Below, one piece after another: positions 59,825 to 64,000 of a DNA stretch of 64,000 bases (its first letter is position 1; each line of letters opens with the position of its first letter). Source of the stretch: Stagnimonas sp. (GTDB lineage Bacteria; Pseudomonadota; Gammaproteobacteria; Nevskiales; Nevskiaceae). The notes under the pieces were generated by a model. It searched no databases. It saw only the letters and a list, made by a program, of their open reading frames with translations, and was not told the DNA's origin. Location of the stretch: the NCBI GenBank assembly GCA_046598075.1, contig JBKJJE010000186.1, positions 3,402 through 67,401 on the forward strand. Reading direction: 5' to 3'. Position numbers and translations under genes: made by a program.

Positions 59825-60955
59825 CCTTGGGCCGGGCATTGCTGCGCTGATCGCCCTGCTCGGCATCCTGGTCTTGGCCGGAGCCAGGGCGAGAGCGTTA
59901 CCGCCAGCCGCTTCGGCGGTGCTGGCCTGGGGCTGGCCATCTGCAAGGGCCTCACGGCGATGATGGGCGGCTCGATCGAAATGCTGAGTACGCCCGGCAT
60001 GGACACGGCGATGAGCTTCAACCTCAGCCTGCCGATTGCTGATCCGGCACAACTATCTGGCAAGGCGGTGGCGTCGGCAGCGCGGCCGACTGGCGCTGAC
60101 CCTGGCCAGCGCGCCGCAACCAGCCTTGAGCAGGCCGCGCGCGAAGGCAGGCTGGTGCTGGTGGTCGACGATCACCCCACCAACCGACTGGTGCTGATCC
60201 GCCTGATACAAGTGCTCGGCTACGCCGTCGAGACTGCCAACAATGGCAGCGAGGCGCTGCAGCTTTGGTTGCAGGGTCGATTCGGCCTGATTCTCACCGA
60301 CTGCAACATGCCCGAGATGAGCGGCTACCAGCTCACCCGTGCGGTGCGCCAGCATGAAGATGAGCAGTGCCTGCGCCATACCCCGATCATCGGCTGCACC
60401 GCCAATGCCCTGCGCGGTGAGGCGGAAACCTGTCTGGCCGCCGGCATGGACAGCTATCTGGCCAAGCCCGTGCAGCTGGCTGAGCTGCGCGAGAAGCTGG
60501 AGCAGTGGCTGCCGCCAGCAGCGGCGATACGCGCCGAGCCACCGCAGTTGCACTCGCCCGAGCCGGCTGCCAGCGCAGGCTGCCCAATCGATTACGCGGT
60601 GCTGGCCGAAAGTCTGGGCGGCGATGTCACTGCCGGGCCTGCGCTGCTCAGCGAGTTCCAGCGTGTCAATGAACGCGACATGCAAGCGCTCGAACAAGTG
60701 CTGGCGAACCGCGACAGCGGCCAGCTTGGCCAGTGCGCCCACCGCATCAAGGGGGCCTGCAAGATCATTGGCGCCTTGGCGCTGGCCGAAGCCTGCGTCG
60801 GTGTCGAGCAGGCCAGTCGCGCTGACGACTGGGCCGCCATCGACGCCAGCATGCTGCGCCTCTGCCTTGAACTGCATCGACTCAGCCAGCACCTGCAGCA
60901 AACCAGCTGCGCAGCCCACCAGAAGTCGCCGACAGCTCCTCTGGCATCGGAGTAA
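59825..60955 (+). pseudogene. 5'-truncated hybrid histidine kinase retaining the G2 box, receiver and HPt domains (open frame 59960-60955)
   Basis: In frame upstream of ATG 59960: SQGESVTASRFGGAGLGLAICKGLTAMMGG (HATPase G2 box), closed by TAA at 59822-59824. Downstream are REC (VVDDHPTN, LTDCNMPEM, YLAKP) and HPt (AHRIKGA). Confidence 0.7.
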
Positions 60956-60957
60956 CC

Positions 60958-62154
60958 ATGTCACTCAATGCCCTTAACTTTCTGATCGCCGAGGACCACG
61001 ACTTTCAGCGCCAGAGCACCGCCCGGCTGCTCAGCCATCTGGGGGCGAAAACCGTGCACGAGGCCGCCGACGGACATCATGCCTTGGCAGTGATGGCCAA
61101 CCCCGAGTGCTCCGTGGACGTGGTCATCTGTGATCTCGACATGCCCAGCATGGATGGCATGGAGCTGATTCGTCGCCTGAGTCAGCTGGAGGCCAAGGTC
61201 TCGGTGATTCTGTCCAGTGCGCTGGAGCTCAGCCTGGTGGCTTCGGTGGAAAAAATGGCCAAGGCCTATGGCATTGAGCTGCTCGGCGTGATTGAAAAAC
61301 CCATCACCGCCGGCAAGCTCGAACCGCTACTGAAGCGCCGTGAGCAAATAAATGGGCAGCGCAATCGTCCTGTCGCCAAGCGCGAGGCATACACACTGGA
61401 GCAGATACTGGCAGGGCTGGCCAACGACGAGTTCGAGCCATTTTTTCAGCCCAAGCTTGATCTCGCCAGCGGCAAGGTCTGCGGCGCCGAGGCACTGGCG
61501 CGCTGGCGGCACCCTGGCGACGGCATCGTGCCACCGTCGGAGTTCATCGGGGTTTTGGAAGACAGCGGCAATATTGCCGAGCTGATGTGGGTCATGCTGA
61601 AGAAGTCAGCGGCACAGTGCAGCGCCTGGCGCGCCCAGGGGCATAAGAGCAGCGTCTCGGTGAATCTCTCGCCCAATGCCCTGGTCGATGAGCGCCTGGC
61701 GGAGCGGATCACCGCCGTAGTCACCGAACAGGGTCTACAGCCGCGCGACATGGTGCTGGAGCTGACCGAGGCCGCCGCCACCACCGATGTCGGGCAGGCG
61801 CTGGAGAACCTGGCGCGCCTGCGCATGCGCGGCTTCGGCCTGTCGATTGACGACTACGGCACCGGCTATTCCTCGATGCAGCAACTGTCCCGCATCGCCT
61901 TTACCGAGCTGAAGATCGATCAGTCCTTCGTCACCAATGCCAGCCTTCAGGAGTCGGCCCGGGCGATCCTTGAGTCCTGCCTGGTGATGGCGCGAAAGCT
62001 CAATATCTCGGCCGTCGCCGAAGGGGTGGAAACCCAGGAGGACTGGGACCTGCTGCGTGCGCTCGGCTGCGATCAGGCGCAGGGCTTCTTCATCGCCAAG
62101 GGGATGGAGGCTGACGTCTACCATCAATGGCTCAACACTTTTCCTGATCACTGA
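60958..62154 (+). CDS. Response regulator with EAL phosphodiesterase domain (REC-EAL)
   Basis: IAEDHDFQ, ICDLDMPSMDG, FQPK, EALARW, ELTE, IDDYGTGYSS, ELKIDQ, AEGVE, QGF. Confidence 0.92.
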   Translation: MSLNALNFLIAEDHDFQRQSTARLLSHLGAKTVHEAADGHHALAVMANPECSVDVVICDLDMPSMDGMELIRRLSQLEAKVSVILSSALELSLVASVEKMAKAYGIELLGVIEKPITAGKLEPLLKRREQINGQRNRPVAKREAYTLEQILAGLANDEFEPFFQPKLDLASGKVCGAEALARWRHPGDGIVPPSEFIGVLEDSGNIAELMWVMLKKSAAQCSAWRAQGHKSSVSVNLSPNALVDERLAERITAVVTEQGLQPRDMVLELTEAAATTDVGQALENLARLRMRGFGLSIDDYGTGYSSMQQLSRIAFTELKIDQSFVTNASLQESARAILESCLVMARKLNISAVAEGVETQEDWDLLRALGCDQAQGFFIAKGMEADVYHQWLNTFPDH

Positions 62155-62206
62155 CTGCGCGCGACGACAGCAAGCCCAGCCACGGGGTGGCGCGTTCGAA
62201 CCGGCT

Positions 62207-62641
62207 TCAGGGCAGCTTGACCACTGTGCCGCTCCAGGCCACGCCGCCCATCAAGGCACCGGCGCCGCAGTCGTATTCACTTTCGTTTTTCAGCTCCTGA
62301 TTGCGGTAGACACTGCTGATGTTGATCACCGCATTGCCGCCCAGCTGCCTGGCACGCTCTTGCATCTAGATGACAGCGCCGAGAAACACCCACTCGCAGC
62401 CCTCTCTCTCGGTCTTGTTGAAGAAGTTGGTCTTCTTGTTGGCGGTACAGGTGCCCAGCGTCTACTTCGCCGCCGGATGCTTGGCATCGCCAAAGAACAG
62501 CTTGATGTTGGGGTCGAGCTTTTCCTGCGCGGCCGGAATGGCGAGTGCATCGGCAAGCGGCATTTTCAGCCGGTCGTCAGGGGGCTGGGCCTGGCTGGCG
62601 AGCAGGGCGCGCATCCTCAGCAGCATGGTGCGGGTTTTGAT
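62207..62641 (-). pseudogene. Pseudogene of a small conserved secreted protein
   Basis: One minus-strand frame: (I)KTRTMLL...LDPNIKLFFGDAKHPAAK*TLGTCTANKKTNFFNKTEREGCEWVFLGAVI*MQERARQLGGNAVINI...YDCGAGALMGGVAWSGTVVKLP. TAG stops at 62462-62464 and 62366-62368. The likely start reads ATC. Confidence 0.8.
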
Positions 62642-62705
62642 GAGGTGTAGCGGGTAGGTCATTGGTCGAGGGGGAAACAGCGACAGACTGACCGCATCAG
62701 GCGCC

Positions 62706-62721
62706 TAGAACAGATGTTGCA
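62706..62721 (+). promoter_or_regulatory. Degenerate sigma54-like motif upstream of flhA
   Basis: TAGAAC-AGATG-TTGCA, with AG in place of GG at -24. Confidence 0.3.
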
Positions 62722-62771
62722 TCAAGCCCGTCAACGGAGGGGCATCGGGCCTTTCTGCAACGGAGCCCTGA

Positions 62772-64000
62772 ATGCCTGCGCTTGCCGCCCCCCGACGCGC
62801 CCAGCAGTTCGCCGGCCTGATGCGCAGCGGCCTCGGCGCGCCAGTGCTGCTGCTGATGATTCTCGGCATGGTGGTGATTCCGCTGGCGCCGGTGGTGCTG
62901 GACCTGCTGTTCACCTTCAACATCGCGCTCTCGATCATCATCCTGCTGGCGGTGATCTACGTGCTGCGGCCGCTGGAGTTCAGCGCGTTTCCGACCGTGC
63001 TGCTGCTGGTCACCCTGATGCGGCTGGCGCTCAACGTCGCCTCCACCCGGGTGGTGCTGCTGCACGGGCATCAGGGCGCGGCATCGGCAGGCAAGGTGAT
63101 CGAGGCGTTCGGCCACTTCGTGGTGGGCAGCAATTACGCCATCGGCTTCATCATCTTCATCATCCTGACGCTGATCAATTTCATGGTGGTCACCAAGGGT
63201 GCCGAGCGGGTCGCCGAGGTCACCGCCCGCTTCACCCTGGATGCCCTGCCCGGCAAGCAGATGGCGATCGATGCCGACCTCAATGCCGGCCTGCTGACCC
63301 GCGACGAAGCCCGGCTGCGCCGCGAGGAGGTGCGCGAGGAGGCCGATTTCTACGGCTCGATGGATGGCGCCTCCAAGTTCATCCGCGGCGATGCCATCGC
63401 CGGCATCATGATCCTGTTCATCAACATCTTCGGCGGCCTGTTCATCGGCGTGCTGCAGCACGATCTGGCTTTTGGCGAGGCGCTGAAGAACTACACCCTG
63501 CTGACCATCGGCGACGGCCTGGTGGCACAGATCCCGTCGCTGCTGCTGGCGACCTCGGTGGCGATATTGGTCACCCGCATGTCGAAATCGGGCGACATGG
63601 GCCGCCAGCTGGTGCATCAGGTGTTTGCCGAGCCCCGGGTGCTGGCCGTCACCGGCGTGATCATGGCGCTGATCGGGGTGATCCCGGGCATGCCAAATCT
63701 GGTGTTTCTGACGCTCGCCGCCATCTGCGGTGGCATGGCCTATCTCAACAAGGTGCGCAGCGAGCGACTGACGCTGGCCCGCGCCAATCCGCTCCCGGAC
63801 GCCGCCGCGGCACCGCAGGAGCTGAGCTGGGAGGACGTGCAGCAGCGCGACGCCCTGGGCCTGGAAGTGGGTTACCGCCTGATTCCGCTGGTGGACGCCA
63901 GGCAGGGCGGCGAGCTGATGGCGCGCATCAAGGGAGTGCGCAAGAAACTCACCCAGGAGCTGGGTTTTCTGGTGCAGCCGGTGCATCTCTGCGACAACCT
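62772..64000 (+). CDS. flhA: Flagellar export protein FlhA, 5' part (runs off the window end)
   Basis: My translation from ATG 62772 (RBS GGAG): LDLLFTFNIALS, FSAFPTVLL, RLALNVASTR, VTKGAERVAEVTARFTLDALPGKQMAIDADLNAG, FYGSMDGASKF. Confidence 0.97.
   Translation, partial: MPALAAPRRAQQFAGLMRSGLGAPVLLLMILGMVVIPLAPVVLDLLFTFNIALSIIILLAVIYVLRPLEFSAFPTVLLLVTLMRLALNVASTRVVLLHGHQGAASAGKVIEAFGHFVVGSNYAIGFIIFIILTLINFMVVTKGAERVAEVTARFTLDALPGKQMAIDADLNAGLLTRDEARLRREEVREEADFYGSMDGASKFIRGDAIAGIMILFINIFGGLFIGVLQHDLAFGEALKNYTLLTIGDGLVAQIPSLLLATSVAILVTRMSKSGDMGRQLVHQVFAEPRVLAVTGVIMALIGVIPGMPNLVFLTLAAICGGMAYLNKVRSERLTLARANPLPDAAAAPQELSWEDVQQRDALGLEVGYRLIPLVDARQGGELMARIKGVRKKLTQELGFLVQPVHLCDN

Noticed and set aside
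62366-62464. Amber readthrough or recoding to explain two in-frame TAGs
   Set aside because: TAG is the normal stop of intact genes here (ssb, uvrA, tesB, flgB, flgC). The start codon also appears lost, so pseudogenisation is simpler.
1-64000. CRISPR arrays, rRNA, tRNA, IS transposases
   Set aside because: None were recognised by eye: no regularly spaced direct repeats, cloverleaf-type T/D-loop motifs or DDE/HUH transposase ORFs. tRNAscan-SE, CRISPRCasFinder and ISEScan would confirm this.

Overview
This is a high-GC bacterial chromosomal window. Gene order and protein style resemble Gammaproteobacteria of the Xanthomonadales/Nevskiales type, which is an inference. It has five blocks. (1) 1-12.6 kb: the 5' part of pyruvate carboxylase, a YkgJ-type gene, and a tightly coupled TetR-led operon encoding a KAS-III-like enzyme, an acyl-CoA ligase, two outer-membrane barrel-like proteins, a PhaZ7/lipase-2-like lipoprotein, a PhaB-like reductase and an MFS transporter, followed by tesB. 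(2) 12.6-18.6 kb: uvrA carrying an in-frame palindromic insertion, a glycerophosphotransferase-like gene, a YajR-like MFS and ssb. (3) About 18.6-23.35 kb: an AT-richer island with three tandem tyrosine recombinases. The third is broken by an inversion/deletion and is followed by a decapitated DUF2971-like gene and a collapsed attC-like site. (4) 23.4-57.2 kb: an apparently intact polar-type flagellar cluster (flgA-N, cheV, fliC/D/S, flaG, rpoN, fleQ, fliE-R, flhB), with recognisable sigma28 promoters, a set of variant sigma54 promoters and a repeated 20-bp palindrome. (5) 57.3-64 kb: a c-di-GMP module between flhB and flhA (diguanylate cyclase, truncated hybrid kinase, REC-EAL protein, a pseudogene), then the start of flhA. 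I saw no rRNA, tRNA or CRISPR array. All family assignments come from motif recognition without database searches. The best candidates for new biology are the putative polyester (PHB)/ester scavenging operon, the palindromic element domesticated inside uvrA, the triple-recombinase island and the non-canonical flagellar sigma54 promoter code.
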